Source: Candidatus Aminicenantes bacterium
GTDB taxonomy: Bacteria; Acidobacteriota; Aminicenantia; Aminicenantales; Saccharicenantaceae
Direction: 5' to 3'
Length of the DNA: 59,163 bases
Assembly (NCBI GenBank): GCA_013178315.1
Contig: JABLWX010000025.1
Coordinates: 1 to 59,163 of the forward strand
Shown here one piece after another: positions 48,786 through 58,866 of the stretch. The notes under the pieces were generated by a model, which was not told where the DNA came from, did no database searches, and was given only the letters and a program-made list of their open reading frames with translations. Numbering within the stretch: the stretch's first letter is position 1; each line of letters starts with the position of its first letter. The position numbers and the translations under genes were made by a program.

Positions 48786-49502
48786 TTAGTCTTCGGTCCG
48801 CGAAGGGGCGTATTCTTCCAGCAAATGCCGGGCCTTTTCCAGGTCCTTCTGGAGGACCATGATTATGGTTTCGCCGAGCCCGTCCATGGTGAAAGGATAG
48901 ATGGAGTGGACGATCTGGCCCTTGAGAAGGCAGTAGATGCCGTTGGTGCCAAGAAAGCTCTTGATGACTTCGGCCTCGGCCAGGCTCCAGACCCGGGTCA
49001 GCTCGACCAGCGTTTCTTCCTGTTCGGGTCCCGTTTCGGAGGAAGGTGTAATCTGGCCAGGTTCAACCCGGTCCTGCTCGGCGGGATGTTTTTCCCGCCA
49101 GGCGAAATAATCATCAAGTATCTGTCTGTGGTCAAAGGCTAGCGGAAAATTAATTTCTTCGCGGGTGAAGACCCCGGCTTTCCCGGCGTCGTCGGCGGCC
49201 TCCGGCGTTCCTTCCGCCCGGGCGATGAACACGGTTGATATGGTGTGGCGTCTCGGGTCTCGTCCCGGGTCCGAGTAGGTATGGAACTGCCTGATGAGTT
49301 CAACCTGGAGCGAGGTTTCTTCCCTGGCCTCGCGGATGGCAGCCTGTTCCAGGGTCTCTCCGTAATCCACGAAGCCACCGGGAAGGGCCCAGCCATGGGG
49401 TGGATTCTTTCTTTCGATCAGCACTATACCGGTTCGCCCATCGGGCAGCCTGATTTCTATGATCAGATCTACAGCCGGGACAGGATGCTTTCTTTCGCTC
49501 AT
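48786..49502 (-). CDS. Nudix hydrolase fused to a DUF2007-like C-terminal domain
   Basis: Nudix box [28 protein letters not shown] and LAFDH; C-terminal [15 protein letters not shown]...DLEKA. Confidence 0.85.
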   Translation of the reverse strand: MSERKHPVPAVDLIIEIRLPDGRTGIVLIERKNPPHGWALPGGFVDYGETLEQAAIREAREETSLQVELIRQFHTYSDPGRDPRRHTISTVFIARAEGTPEAADDAGKAGVFTREEINFPLAFDHRQILDDYFAWREKHPAEQDRVEPGQITPSSETGPEQEETLVELTRVWSLAEAEVIKSFLGTNGIYCLLKGQIVHSIYPFTMDGLGETIIMVLQKDLEKARHLLEEYAPSRTED

Positions 49503-49520
49503 GGTGAATGCTTCCCGGCT

Positions 49521-49549
49521 AAAATACTGCCGGCAGTCGAAAAAGTCAA
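49521..49549 (-). promoter_or_regulatory. Putative sigma70 promoter for the Nudix gene, with a palindrome in the spacer
   Basis: TTGACT-N17-TATTTT; perfect ACTGCCGGCAGT dyad at 49526-49537. Confidence 0.45.
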
Positions 49550-50646
49550 TCCGAGAGCTTAAACTTCTTTTCCAGCTGCTTCAGCTTTTCCACCACCCCG
49601 CCATACTCCAGCTCGGAGTAAGGCAGCATGGACGGCCCGCAGAATCCCTGGCGCCTGATTTCCGAGGCCTTCAGGGCAATTTGAGTCCTTATGGCTTCCC
49701 AGTATGGGTGGTCGAAAACGTCGGCCGGTTCCGACAGACGGCCCTCTTTCATGGAGAAGGCTGCCCCGGTCACCACCGGCGGGCCGTCGAAATAGGAAAC
49801 AGTGGCATTCAGCCGGCAGGGCATCAGCGGCCCGATGTGGCTGCCACGCATGAATCCGGCCACGTAATGTCCGATGTTAAACGGGGCCAGGACTTCGCCC
49901 GTGGCCGGGAATTCTCCCTGGACCCGGACCAGGGCCACCGGGTCGTCCTTTCCGGTGTACTTGCCGGCGATGTTATGCAGGCGCTGGGTGGAGATGGCCA
50001 CGGCCTGGTTCCCGGTGCTGCGGGACCAGATGCTCTCGATGACATATTTTTCGGTGTCCCGGAGCAGGGCGGCAATATCGTAAAGTTCTTCCGGGGCCAC
50101 CAGCTCAATTACCTTATTTTTTTCGGTGTAGCTGACGTCGATGATTCGGAACCTGTAACCCTGGCTCATCTTCGGACTGAGGATCAGGCCGGAACAGTAC
50201 ATCGGGTCGGCGAAGGCCAGGTAAAAGGGCAGATTGTAAGCACCGGGGTCGGTCTTGTCGGCGGCAAAAAAGATGAAAGGCTCGTTTTCCCTTTCCTCGA
50301 TCTCCATTTCGGCCACGGCCGGCCCCAGTCCCTTGACGTTCCCGGAAAAAGCGTCTTTTAGCAGGTCCTGACCTGCTCCATACAGCCCGGTCTTTTTGGC
50401 CACGGCCGTGCCGGCCAGGAAAGCTTCCCAGGCCAGCTGGTGTATCTTTTCGTTGCCGGTTCCACCGGTGTGGGTGCAGAGGATGGCGATGTCATCCCCG
50501 GTGGAACTGATGTAGTAATCAATCAACAGGTCCTTGCTCCTGGCGGCCACGAAATTCCTGACCTCCTGGAGAAGAGCCAGGCTGGGCTTGATATGGCCGC
50601 CGATGCTGCCGATATCGGCTTTTAAGACACTGATTGTGATTTTCAT
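49546..50646 (-). CDS. fbp: Fructose-1,6-bisphosphate aldolase/phosphatase (class V FBPase)
   Basis: [47 protein letters not shown] and AGFMRGSH motifs; ATG 50646 with RBS GGAGG. Confidence 0.95.
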   Translation of the reverse strand: MKITISVLKADIGSIGGHIKPSLALLQEVRNFVAARSKDLLIDYYISSTGDDIAILCTHTGGTGNEKIHQLAWEAFLAGTAVAKKTGLYGAGQDLLKDAFSGNVKGLGPAVAEMEIEERENEPFIFFAADKTDPGAYNLPFYLAFADPMYCSGLILSPKMSQGYRFRIIDVSYTEKNKVIELVAPEELYDIAALLRDTEKYVIESIWSRSTGNQAVAISTQRLHNIAGKYTGKDDPVALVRVQGEFPATGEVLAPFNIGHYVAGFMRGSHIGPLMPCRLNATVSYFDGPPVVTGAAFSMKEGRLSEPADVFDHPYWEAIRTQIALKASEIRRQGFCGPSMLPYSELEYGGVVEKLKQLEKKFKLSD

Positions 50647-50677
50647 ACCTGCCTCCCGAAAATGATTCCCGTCTATA

Positions 50678-50706
50678 AATTTAAGCAGGCTGATGTTGGA
50701 AGTCAA
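50678..50706 (-). promoter_or_regulatory. Putative sigma70 promoter for fbp
   Basis: TTGACT-N17-TAAATT. Confidence 0.5.
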
Positions 50707-50913
50707 ACACCAATCTTGTAGAGAGAGGCGGGTGGGGAGTCGACCAGGAGTGATCGGAGTTGCGAGCGGGCAATCACTTGGGATGGGTTCCGCCCGGCTC
50801 GGGATAACTTCTACCAGAGAAGCTCCGTTGTGCCAGGTTGGTCATTATCTGGCCGAGCGGGTGAAAGAGTATTTTTGCGGAGCCCTGTGCCCGGGAAAAT
50901 TTTTCCAGCCAGC

Positions 50914-52167
50914 CTAAAAGTAGGTCGCCGGGAAAAAAAGGAGTATCTGCAGAGCCCGGACCTTCTGCTCGAAATCTGGCTGGTAGCGCGAGGGCAGAGG
51001 TTCGGCCGGCTGGAATTTCCAGCTCAGGGGGTTGACGTACTTGCCATGGTAGAGGAGCCGGTAATCAAGATGGGGACCGGTTGACTCGCCGCTCGAGCCG
51101 ACGTAACCGATAACCTGCCCACCCTCCACCCGGGCTCCGGTTTTAATCCCCGCGGCCAGTGATTTTAAGTGCAGGTACATGGTTTCGTAGGCATTCTTGT
51201 GGCGGATCCTGACCATGCGGCCGGCGGCTCCATTCCAGCCGGCAAAGGTTACCACTCCGTCAGCCGTGGACTGGACGGGAGTGCCGATGGGAGCGGCATA
51301 GTCTATACCATAATGCGGCCTGTAAATCTTGCGGATGGGGTGGAGGCGGCTGGAACTGAAGCGCGAGGTGATCCGGGCGTAACGCAGGGGCGATTTCAGG
51401 AATTCCTTCCTGAGCGAACCGCCGCCGGCTTCAAAATAATCGGCCTTTCCGCTGTCCGGAAAAACATAGCGGTAGGCTTCGAACACCTGGTTCTTGTTCA
51501 CGAAGCGGGCGGCCAGGATCGGGCCGTAACCGCTGAACTGGCCGTTGATGTATTTTTTTTCGACCAGCAGCCGGAAGCTGTCGTCCTGCCGCAGGTCAAC
51601 GTAGAAATCAATTGCCCAGCCAAAAATCTCGGCCATCATCAGGGCCAGAAGGTCCTGTTCACCGGCCTGATTAACGGCCGCGATCAGAGAGTCCTTGATG
51701 ATTCCCTCCACCAGGACCAGCTGCCTGGTCACGGGGTGGTACTTGATGCTGGCTGAAGGTGGAGATTGGGTGAGGTCAACTTCCAGGTAGCTCTCGGGGT
51801 CAAGGTCGAGCTGAAAGGCGGTATAGGACTCGCCCTGCCGGAGCAATCTCAACTTTTTTCCGGCCGGAATCCTGGCCAGGTCGTAGACCTTCATGGTGGC
51901 CTCCCTGATTTCAATTACCCGGGAGGCTGAAAAACCGGCGGGAGCCAGGAGGTCGGTTATGGTCTTACCGGCTGGAATTGTGAATTCCTCGGTTATGATT
52001 GGCGGAGCTTCTGGCTCTTGGCTGGCTTCGGTAACTTCGGGCCTGGCCGCCTGTTGGTCGGAGCTTCTCGAAATTAGCAGGATGAAGGTGATGATGGCCA
52101 GCAGCAGGAGCAGAAGGGCTACCGCCAGTACTTTTTTTCGGTTGATCCTGGCTCTGGCTCTCATCAA
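50914..52167 (-). CDS. M23 peptidoglycan DD-endopeptidase (MepM/Csd3-like)
   Basis: N-terminal TM; FLKSPL, RLHPI, HYGID (HxxxD), YLHL and STGPHLDY motifs. Confidence 0.92.
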   Translation of the reverse strand: MMRARARINRKKVLAVALLLLLLAIITFILLISRSSDQQAARPEVTEASQEPEAPPIITEEFTIPAGKTITDLLAPAGFSASRVIEIREATMKVYDLARIPAGKKLRLLRQGESYTAFQLDLDPESYLEVDLTQSPPSASIKYHPVTRQLVLVEGIIKDSLIAAVNQAGEQDLLALMMAEIFGWAIDFYVDLRQDDSFRLLVEKKYINGQFSGYGPILAARFVNKNQVFEAYRYVFPDSGKADYFEAGGGSLRKEFLKSPLRYARITSRFSSSRLHPIRKIYRPHYGIDYAAPIGTPVQSTADGVVTFAGWNGAAGRMVRIRHKNAYETMYLHLKSLAAGIKTGARVEGGQVIGYVGSSGESTGPHLDYRLLYHGKYVNPLSWKFQPAEPLPSRYQPDFEQKVRALQILLFFPATYF

Positions 52168-52177
52168 GTCAGCGGGA

Positions 52178-52960
52178 TTATTCCTTGGAGTCGAGGGATT
52201 TGCCGGCTTCGTGTTTTTCAGCGACGGGCCTGGGTGCTGTCTTCCTTCTCAATTTGAGCACCAGGAAGTCAACCGGGCCATAGATAACGTTGAGGGTGGT
52301 GAACAGCAACAGGAAGTATTTCGGACGGAAAAGCAGGCCGGTCAGGACCACGGCCAGCAACAGGCCGGTCTTCATGTCCACCGGTCGGTTGATGATAAAG
52401 GAGATAAAGTTCCGGTAACGGAGGGTGCTGATCATCAGCAGGCTTACTATTACCACCAGGGCGGACAGGTAAAAGGCGCTCACGGTCTGATAGTTTGGCT
52501 CGGGGTGAAAAATAACCAGAGAGGCCAGGAAGATGGCTGCCGAGGGTACGGTCAGGCCCTGGTAAAAGCGCCGGTCTGGCAGGCTCTTGGTTCTGACGTT
52601 ATAGCGGGCCAGCCGCAACAACCCGCCCACGATGAATAGAAAGCTGAAAAATATGCCGGCCGGTCCCAGAACTTTGAGGCCCCAGAAGTACATCAGAAGA
52701 GAGGCGGCCGCGGCGAAAGAAATAGCATCGGCCAGCGAATCCAGCTGGATACCGAAATCAGAACTGGTCCTGGTAGCCCTGGCCACCAGGCCATCCAGGC
52801 CGTCCAGCATGGCCGCGATTATGATCCAGAGAGCTGCCCAGCGGTAGCGCCCGTAAAAGGTTGAAGTCAGGCTGAGAAAACCGAAGAAGACGTTGGTCAG
52901 GGTAAAAACGCTGGGCAGAAAGTAGAGCCGGGGAACCGGTTGCTTAATTCTGACTTTCAT
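52178..52960 (-). CDS. pssA: CDP-diacylglycerol--serine O-phosphatidyltransferase
   Basis: DGLDGLVAR..FGIQLDSLAD CDP-alcohol motif and LRLARYN; adjacent to psd. Confidence 0.93.
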   Translation of the reverse strand: MKVRIKQPVPRLYFLPSVFTLTNVFFGFLSLTSTFYGRYRWAALWIIIAAMLDGLDGLVARATRTSSDFGIQLDSLADAISFAAAASLLMYFWGLKVLGPAGIFFSFLFIVGGLLRLARYNVRTKSLPDRRFYQGLTVPSAAIFLASLVIFHPEPNYQTVSAFYLSALVVIVSLLMISTLRYRNFISFIINRPVDMKTGLLLAVVLTGLLFRPKYFLLLFTTLNVIYGPVDFLVLKLRRKTAPRPVAEKHEAGKSLDSKE

Positions 52961-53585
52961 CTCTCCACTCTCCGATGACCGACAGACCTCCTTTAACCTT
53001 CTGGTTCAGGCCGACCTTAAGCTCAACATTTCCGGGCAGGTACAGGTCAACCCTCGAGCCGAAGTACATCAGGCCGATTTTCTGCCCGGCAGCCACCCTG
53101 TCTCCGGGCTTAACATAGCACTTTATCCGCCTGGCGGCAACCCCGACCATCTGCTTTAAGAAGATGCGGCCCTTTTCTCCCTGCAGCAGCAGGCTGTTGG
53201 ATTCATTCTGGCTGCTGGCCTCTTCCCGGTAGGCCGGGAAAAACTTGCCGGGCTGGTAATCCACTCTTATAACCTCGGCTGCCAGGGGAGCGCGGGTGAA
53301 ATGAACGTCGAGCAGGGAGAGAAAAATGCTGACAACTTTTCCGGAGCCGCCCAGGTCCGGGTGGCTGGAAAATTCTTCAATTTTTATAACCTGCCCGTCG
53401 GCCGGCGACAGCACCAGGTTCTCTCCGGCCGGTGGCCTTCTTTCCGGGTCGCGGAAAAAGAAAATGAACGCGGCCGAGAGCAGCAGGAAAAACAGGCTGG
53501 CCAGCCACCAGCCGAGCACCAGTGTCAGTAAAAAAACCAGCAGCGACGGCAGGTAAAATATCGAACCTTCTCTGGCAACTTTCAT
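52944..53585 (-). CDS. psd: Phosphatidylserine decarboxylase proenzyme
   Basis: FFRDPER, SPADG, DVH..RAP, NE and FGSRVD self-cleavage motif; start at ATG 53585. Confidence 0.93.
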   Translation of the reverse strand: MKVAREGSIFYLPSLLVFLLTLVLGWWLASLFFLLLSAAFIFFFRDPERRPPAGENLVLSPADGQVIKIEEFSSHPDLGGSGKVVSIFLSLLDVHFTRAPLAAEVIRVDYQPGKFFPAYREEASSQNESNSLLLQGEKGRIFLKQMVGVAARRIKCYVKPGDRVAAGQKIGLMYFGSRVDLYLPGNVELKVGLNQKVKGGLSVIGEWRDESQN

Positions 53586-53619
53586 TCTATGTCCCTCACC
53601 TTGCTTATTATTATAGGGC

Positions 53620-55104
53620 TTATCTATCAGCCAGGAAATAGACTGACAGGAAGGATACGCGGGCAATACTGCCCATGATCTCGGGGTTGATGCGGTAAAT
53701 GGTGTCGCCCGTACCGTGGTAGGCCAGGTGCGGGCCGTTAGAACCGAGGCTGGCGCAGGGAATCCCCTTGAGGAAGAAAGGTGCAAAATCGGAGCTCCTG
53801 ACCCCGATGTTTCTGATCACCCCGTATCCCCTAATAATATTGATTTGCCGGTTGGCCTGTTCAATGGTTTCTTTGAGGAAGGAAGGTTCGGCGCTGACTC
53901 CGCACCAGGCGCCATCGCCTTCACCTTCCATGTCGAAATTGAACATGGCCACCACCCGGTCAAACCCGGCCGGCAGATGGTCAGCAAAGTAAGTGGAACC
54001 CTGCAGCCCCAGTTCCTCGCCTCCAAACAGGACAAACATGACCGACCTCTTGGGCTTCGGGTTCAGGGCAGCGAAAGCCCTGGCCAGGGTCATCACCACC
54101 GCCGAGCCGCTGGCGTTGTCGTCGGCTCCCGGGAAGAGCAGGCCCAGGTGACGGCCGCAGTGGTCGAAATGGCCGCCGATGATGATCAGTTCTTTCCTGA
54201 GCTTCGGGTCGGACCCTTCCACCCAGCCGGCGATGTTATAACCGGTGGAATCGGGGAAATTCCTGGAGCTAACCCGGTATGATAGCCGGGCCTTGAGGTC
54301 AAAGGAGATGGGCCGCTTGAAGGTCTGCAGGGCCTTCTTCAATTCGGCCGTGGTGGAGTTTATTTCCTTGAAAATCAGGTCGGCAGTTTTTTCGGTTATC
54401 ATGCCGGGCATGAAACCGGGGAGCCAGTCGCCGTTGGGGTTGGCCTGGGCTTCGGGATAGATGTAGATCAGGCCCAGGGCACCCTTTTCCCTGGCCACCT
54501 TCATCCTTGTCCGGTGTTCGTCGTGAGACTGGAACTCGCGCCGGCCGGGGTCGGGGGTTCCCCGGAAACAGAGAACAAATTTGCCTTTCACCTCGACTCC
54601 GGCATAATCGTCATAGTTGAGTTCGGGCGCGGAAATACCCCAGCCAACGAAGACCAGGCCGGCCGTGTGGTCTCCGGAGTCCGAGTAAAGAAGCGGCAGG
54701 AAATCCTTTTCCGGTTTCAGCTCCACCGTTTCGTATTGAGGCTGTCCGTCGCTTCCGGTCTTACCCGGCAGGTGAAGAATCATGGAAGCCTGGTCGATGA
54801 CGGTATGGGGAGAAAGATAAGACTGGAGATAACCGTTCCTGGCATCGAGCGGCCTCAGTCCCCATTCCTTGAATTTGGCTGCGGCCCAGCGGGCAGCCCG
54901 GGTATAGCCTTCATGGCCGGTCAGGCGGCCGGCAAATTCTTCCGAGGCCATGGTCCTGGTGAGCTGGTAGGCCAGGAGCGGGTCGATGCCACCCACCGCC
55001 TTCTGGAGACGGGTGGGCAGCTCGGCCGCAGCCAGCCAGCTGAAAATTGTAAGCGAGAGGACCAGAATTAATGACAGACAAGCCATTTTCTTTTTAGTTT
55101 CCAT
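53620..55104 (-). CDS. Secreted M28 aminopeptidase with PA domain
   Basis: Signal peptide; GRLTG, YDDY, GGHFDH, GADDNASG, GEE.GL.GS, NFDM, SD and YH...D motifs. Confidence 0.92.
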   Translation of the reverse strand: METKKKMACLSLILVLSLTIFSWLAAAELPTRLQKAVGGIDPLLAYQLTRTMASEEFAGRLTGHEGYTRAARWAAAKFKEWGLRPLDARNGYLQSYLSPHTVIDQASMILHLPGKTGSDGQPQYETVELKPEKDFLPLLYSDSGDHTAGLVFVGWGISAPELNYDDYAGVEVKGKFVLCFRGTPDPGRREFQSHDEHRTRMKVAREKGALGLIYIYPEAQANPNGDWLPGFMPGMITEKTADLIFKEINSTTAELKKALQTFKRPISFDLKARLSYRVSSRNFPDSTGYNIAGWVEGSDPKLRKELIIIGGHFDHCGRHLGLLFPGADDNASGSAVVMTLARAFAALNPKPKRSVMFVLFGGEELGLQGSTYFADHLPAGFDRVVAMFNFDMEGEGDGAWCGVSAEPSFLKETIEQANRQINIIRGYGVIRNIGVRSSDFAPFFLKGIPCASLGSNGPHLAYHGTGDTIYRINPEIMGSIARVSFLSVYFLADR

Positions 55105-55206
55105 GAGCCTTCTCTCAAATTAAATTTTATAGGCGATTATATCACATAACCGGATTCAGGCGGCAGGCAAAAGCGCCGGAACTTGAGCCGGGCCCCGGCA
55201 GGATCT

Positions 55207-55404
55207 TTATCTTTTCCGTCGCTTTTTCTTGCGGCTTATTTCTTTAAGAACGGCCTGGTGGAGAACTATGAAATAATAGGCAGCCAGGAAAACCAGCAGA
55301 ACCGCTCCGGCCAGCCAGCGGCCTCTTACCAGGTTCCATATGGAGTAAGATAGGAGACCCAGGAATAGGGCCAGGTGCGCAAAGGCAAACAGCCATTCGA
55401 ACAT
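55207..55404 (-). CDS. Small two-TM membrane protein with a basic tail
   Basis: 65 aa with two hydrophobic segments and a C-terminal RKKKRRKR; co-oriented between the cyclophilin and M28 genes. Confidence 0.6.
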   Translation of the reverse strand: MFEWLFAFAHLALFLGLLSYSIWNLVRGRWLAGAVLLVFLAAYYFIVLHQAVLKEISRKKKRRKR

Positions 55405-55453
55405 CGGTCCGGTCGGGAACAGCCTTCGATCTTAACTTCGACTGTGGCTCAGT

Positions 55454-56026
55454 TTACTGAATCCTGGTAACAGAAATAATTATGATGGGTTCAACCGGAA
55501 CGTCGCGGTACATGCCCTTGGTGGTGGTGGCTACCTCGGCAATGGCATCGACCACTTCCATCCCCTGAATAACCTTGCCGAAAACGGCATAACCGAACTT
55601 CTTGGGATCGTTGGGCACGTGGTCGAGAAACGGATTGTCCACCAGGTTTATGAAGAACTGGCAGGTGGCGCTATCGATCTCAGGGGTCCTGGCCATGGCA
55701 ATCGTCCCGCGCAGGTTTTTTAACCCGTTGTTAGCCTCATTCTTGATTGGCGGCCGCTTTTCTTCCTTGGTTTGCAGGTCCGGGGTCAGACCGCCGCCCT
55801 GGACCATGAAGCCTTTGATCACCCGGTGAAAAATGGTGCCATCGTAGAACTTGTCTCCGACATAGGTCAGAAAGTTCTTGACGGTAATCGGGGCCTTGTC
55901 AGCGAACAGCTCAATCACTATGTCTCCCTTGCTGGTTTTCATCAGGATCCGGGGATTGGCCGCCAGCAGGGAGCTTATGGAGAAGATCAGGAGCAGGCTG
56001 AAAAAAATGAAAATAGCTTTATTCAT
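55454..56026 (-). CDS. ppiA: Periplasmic cyclophilin-type peptidyl-prolyl isomerase
   Basis: Signal peptide; [34 protein letters not shown] and YAVFGKV motifs. Confidence 0.92.
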   Translation of the reverse strand: MNKAIFIFFSLLLIFSISSLLAANPRILMKTSKGDIVIELFADKAPITVKNFLTYVGDKFYDGTIFHRVIKGFMVQGGGLTPDLQTKEEKRPPIKNEANNGLKNLRGTIAMARTPEIDSATCQFFINLVDNPFLDHVPNDPKKFGYAVFGKVIQGMEVVDAIAEVATTTKGMYRDVPVEPIIIISVTRIQ

Positions 56027-56186
56027 TTTCTACCTCCGAATAAGAACTTACGATACCAAATAAAATAAAAATAATCAATTTCAGGATTGTTGGCAGAAAT
56101 TTTGTCCCGAATTTCAGCTGCCGGGCGATATGGCTTGACTTTCCCGGTTGGAGGTGGGATAAAATGACTGAAAAGGAGGCTGCGAC

Positions 56187-57017
56187 ATGCCAAAATCGGC
56201 AGTCAGGACACTCGGGGCACTGCTTGTTTCATTCATGATTTTATCTTCTCCGCTGCTGGCGGACGGTAACCTGGAGTTTAACGTTCATTATTCCTACTGG
56301 ACGCTTAACGTGGTCCGGGGTCTGGTGGAGAAGATGGTCAGCGACACCCTGGAGAACGACCTCAAGGACCGCTTCCTGCAGCAGATTCAGGCGGACTATC
56401 CGACCCTGGTCGAGAGCGGTTACCAGCAGGATGTCAACTTCGATGCGCCGGGCCACAATGTCGGGTTTGAACTCCGCTTTTATCCGGGAGGACGGGGAGG
56501 AGCCTTCAGTCTCGGGCTGGCCGTCGAGCAGACCACCATGAAGATCTCTTTTCCATCGGTTACGGCCAGGCTGGACCTTGTCGACCTCAACCTGAACCAG
56601 ACGGCCACTTTCAACGGCCAGGCCGGCGGGGAATTCATCATCAAGCCGTTGTCCTTCCACCTTAACATGCGCTGGGAATTCCTGCCTTCCAAAGTTATCT
56701 CTCCTTACCTGACCATCGGGGCGGGAATCTCCACTTCCAAGAGCTTTTTCGATGCCCGGTACCGGTACGAGTACAGCGGAACGCTCACCCTTCCCGACAG
56801 TTCCACCGAACAGTATTCTGATTCCGATACCAAGACCCTGAGGCAGATCAAGGACGAGCGGCTGGCCGAGGGAAAGGACTTCCCGCTGAATTTCTTGCCC
56901 ATCTTTCAATTCAACCTCGGGTTGCGAGCCAGGCTATCCAGGGCCTTGAACCTGGTGGCCGACGTCGGAATCTTTGACGGGTTTCTTTTCCGTGGAGGAC
57001 TGTCCATCAGGATATAG
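56187..57017 (+). CDS. Putative outer-membrane beta-barrel protein
   Basis: Signal peptide, alternating amphipathic strands, SPYLTIGAG and C-terminal RGGLSIRI; RBS AAGGAGG. Confidence 0.7.
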   Translation: MPKSAVRTLGALLVSFMILSSPLLADGNLEFNVHYSYWTLNVVRGLVEKMVSDTLENDLKDRFLQQIQADYPTLVESGYQQDVNFDAPGHNVGFELRFYPGGRGGAFSLGLAVEQTTMKISFPSVTARLDLVDLNLNQTATFNGQAGGEFIIKPLSFHLNMRWEFLPSKVISPYLTIGAGISTSKSFFDARYRYEYSGTLTLPDSSTEQYSDSDTKTLRQIKDERLAEGKDFPLNFLPIFQFNLGLRARLSRALNLVADVGIFDGFLFRGGLSIRI

Positions 57018-57159
57018 AGCCGGCTGAAGTCTTCGGCCAGACAGGTCTGGTTGCCACCGGCGAACATGATACCTCACAGCTGATCCGCAGAATTTTTTTT
57101 ACACCGGCCCGAGACCTGCGGTAATATATCTCCCTTAGATTTAAGCAGGGAGAAGTGCG

Positions 57160-58707
57160 ATGAAAAATAACTTCAGAGAAGCAGGCGGCTGGCTGATCAT
57201 CCTGGTGCTGGTCCTGTACCTGGGACAGCTGGCCACTCCGGCTCAAACTCGACCGGCGGATGACAGCCAGAAGTTGCTGCGGGTATTCCACACCATTTCC
57301 AGTAACACCCTTATTGAGTATGTCAGGGAGCTGACCCTGGAAAAGTATGCCGGTCGCCTGACCGGCACCGAGGGTTATAACCTTTCGGCAGCCTGGGTCA
57401 TCTCCAGGCTGAAAGAGTGGGGCGTGGAGCCGGCCGGGGATAACGGGACCTACCTCCAGGCCTTCCCCAATCCTTACACCCTGATCCTGGACAGGGGTGA
57501 AGTGTCCATGCATCTCAAGGTGGGCAAATCCGACCCGAAGAGCCAGGCCACTGTCAAGAAATACTATCTTTATGAGGATGAATATTTTCCCGGAGGCACC
57601 TCGGCCTCGGGCCAGGTCACGGCCGAGGTGGTTTACGTTGGTTACGGCATCACCGCTCCCGAGCTCGGTTACGATGATTATCGTGGTGTGGATGTCCGAG
57701 GAAAGATCGTCCTGATGGAAAATGAAGTTCCATACAGCCCGGACAAGGACCCGGAAACCTTTAAGAAGTGGCGCCCCTATTCCTTCCACCAGTACAAGCT
57801 GCAGAATGCTGCCGCTCACGGGGCCAAGGGCATGCTGTATTATTATGGGCCGATCTGCAATCCCAACAATGATTACATCGAAGGCTTCATCTACAGCCAT
57901 GTCGGCCTGACAGTGGTCGAAGATATCTTTGCCGGTACCGGCCGCACCTACCAGGCCACCGTGGAAAAAATCAGGACGGCCCTGCAACCCCAGTCTTTTG
58001 CCACCGGCAAGGTCTTCACCATCAGGAACAAGACCGAGCATCATCCTGAAGGCGTTGGTTATAACGTGCTGGCTAAAATAAAAGGGACCGACCCGGTGCT
58101 CGGGAATGAAGTCATCATAATCGGCGGGCATCTCGACCACCTGGGGCTTTTCCCGGAGCTGATGCCCGGGGCCAACGACGACGCCTCGGCAGTGGCTGTC
58201 ATGCTGGGTCTGGCCGAGGCCATCAGCAGGTGCGAGATAAAACCGAAAAGGACCATACTCTTCGCCTTCTTTGGAGCAGAGGAACAGGGAGTAAAAGGCT
58301 CCGAGTATTACGTCAAGAACCCGGTCTATCCGGTTGAAAAAACGGTGGGGCTAATTAACATGGATGGAGTGGGCAGCGGGGAGCGGATTTTTGCCCTGGC
58401 CGGGAAGAATTTCCCCTGGCTGTACGCTCCATTTGAAAAGGCCAATGCTGTCTACCTGCACCGGGAAATGGGTACCAATTTTTGGTCCAACCTGACCCGA
58501 CCGAGGCTGGATGCGGCCCGGTTCATGGACAGGAATATTCCGTCGCTGTCATTCTCCACTTCGGGTTTGAGGTTGCCCTATTCGACCTACCATAACACCC
58601 GGGATAATCTCAGCCTGATCAATCCCGAGATGCTGGAGGATATGACCAGGCTGATGTTCCTGGCGGTTATGGAACTGGCCAGTGCCCCGGCTGAAAGCCT
58701 TAAGTAA
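57160..58707 (+). CDS. Secreted M28 aminopeptidase with PA domain (paralog of 53620-55104)
   Basis: Signal peptide; GRLTG, YDDY, GGHLDH, GANDDAS, AEE.G..GS, INMD and YH...D motifs. Confidence 0.92.
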   Translation: MKNNFREAGGWLIILVLVLYLGQLATPAQTRPADDSQKLLRVFHTISSNTLIEYVRELTLEKYAGRLTGTEGYNLSAAWVISRLKEWGVEPAGDNGTYLQAFPNPYTLILDRGEVSMHLKVGKSDPKSQATVKKYYLYEDEYFPGGTSASGQVTAEVVYVGYGITAPELGYDDYRGVDVRGKIVLMENEVPYSPDKDPETFKKWRPYSFHQYKLQNAAAHGAKGMLYYYGPICNPNNDYIEGFIYSHVGLTVVEDIFAGTGRTYQATVEKIRTALQPQSFATGKVFTIRNKTEHHPEGVGYNVLAKIKGTDPVLGNEVIIIGGHLDHLGLFPELMPGANDDASAVAVMLGLAEAISRCEIKPKRTILFAFFGAEEQGVKGSEYYVKNPVYPVEKTVGLINMDGVGSGERIFALAGKNFPWLYAPFEKANAVYLHREMGTNFWSNLTRPRLDAARFMDRNIPSLSFSTSGLRLPYSTYHNTRDNLSLINPEMLEDMTRLMFLAVMELASAPAESLK

Positions 58708-58866
58708 GACTTCACCCGACCGGGCTGGCAGAGTTTTTTCACCATATCCTTTTTATTATTTATTTTTTAGCTCAAGTCTCGGGAACATGACCGCTCCCTT
58801 ATCGAATCCGGAGCCCGCGAACCGGATATCCTCATTTTCCGGTGAGACCAGCCGTCCTCGATTTTT

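Noticed and set aside
49459-50361. 300-aa ORF antisense to fbp
   Set aside because: Mirror frame of a conserved gene; no independent evidence.
57007-58140. 377-aa ORF antisense to the M28 peptidase
   Set aside because: Shadow ORF on the opposite strand of a well-supported gene.
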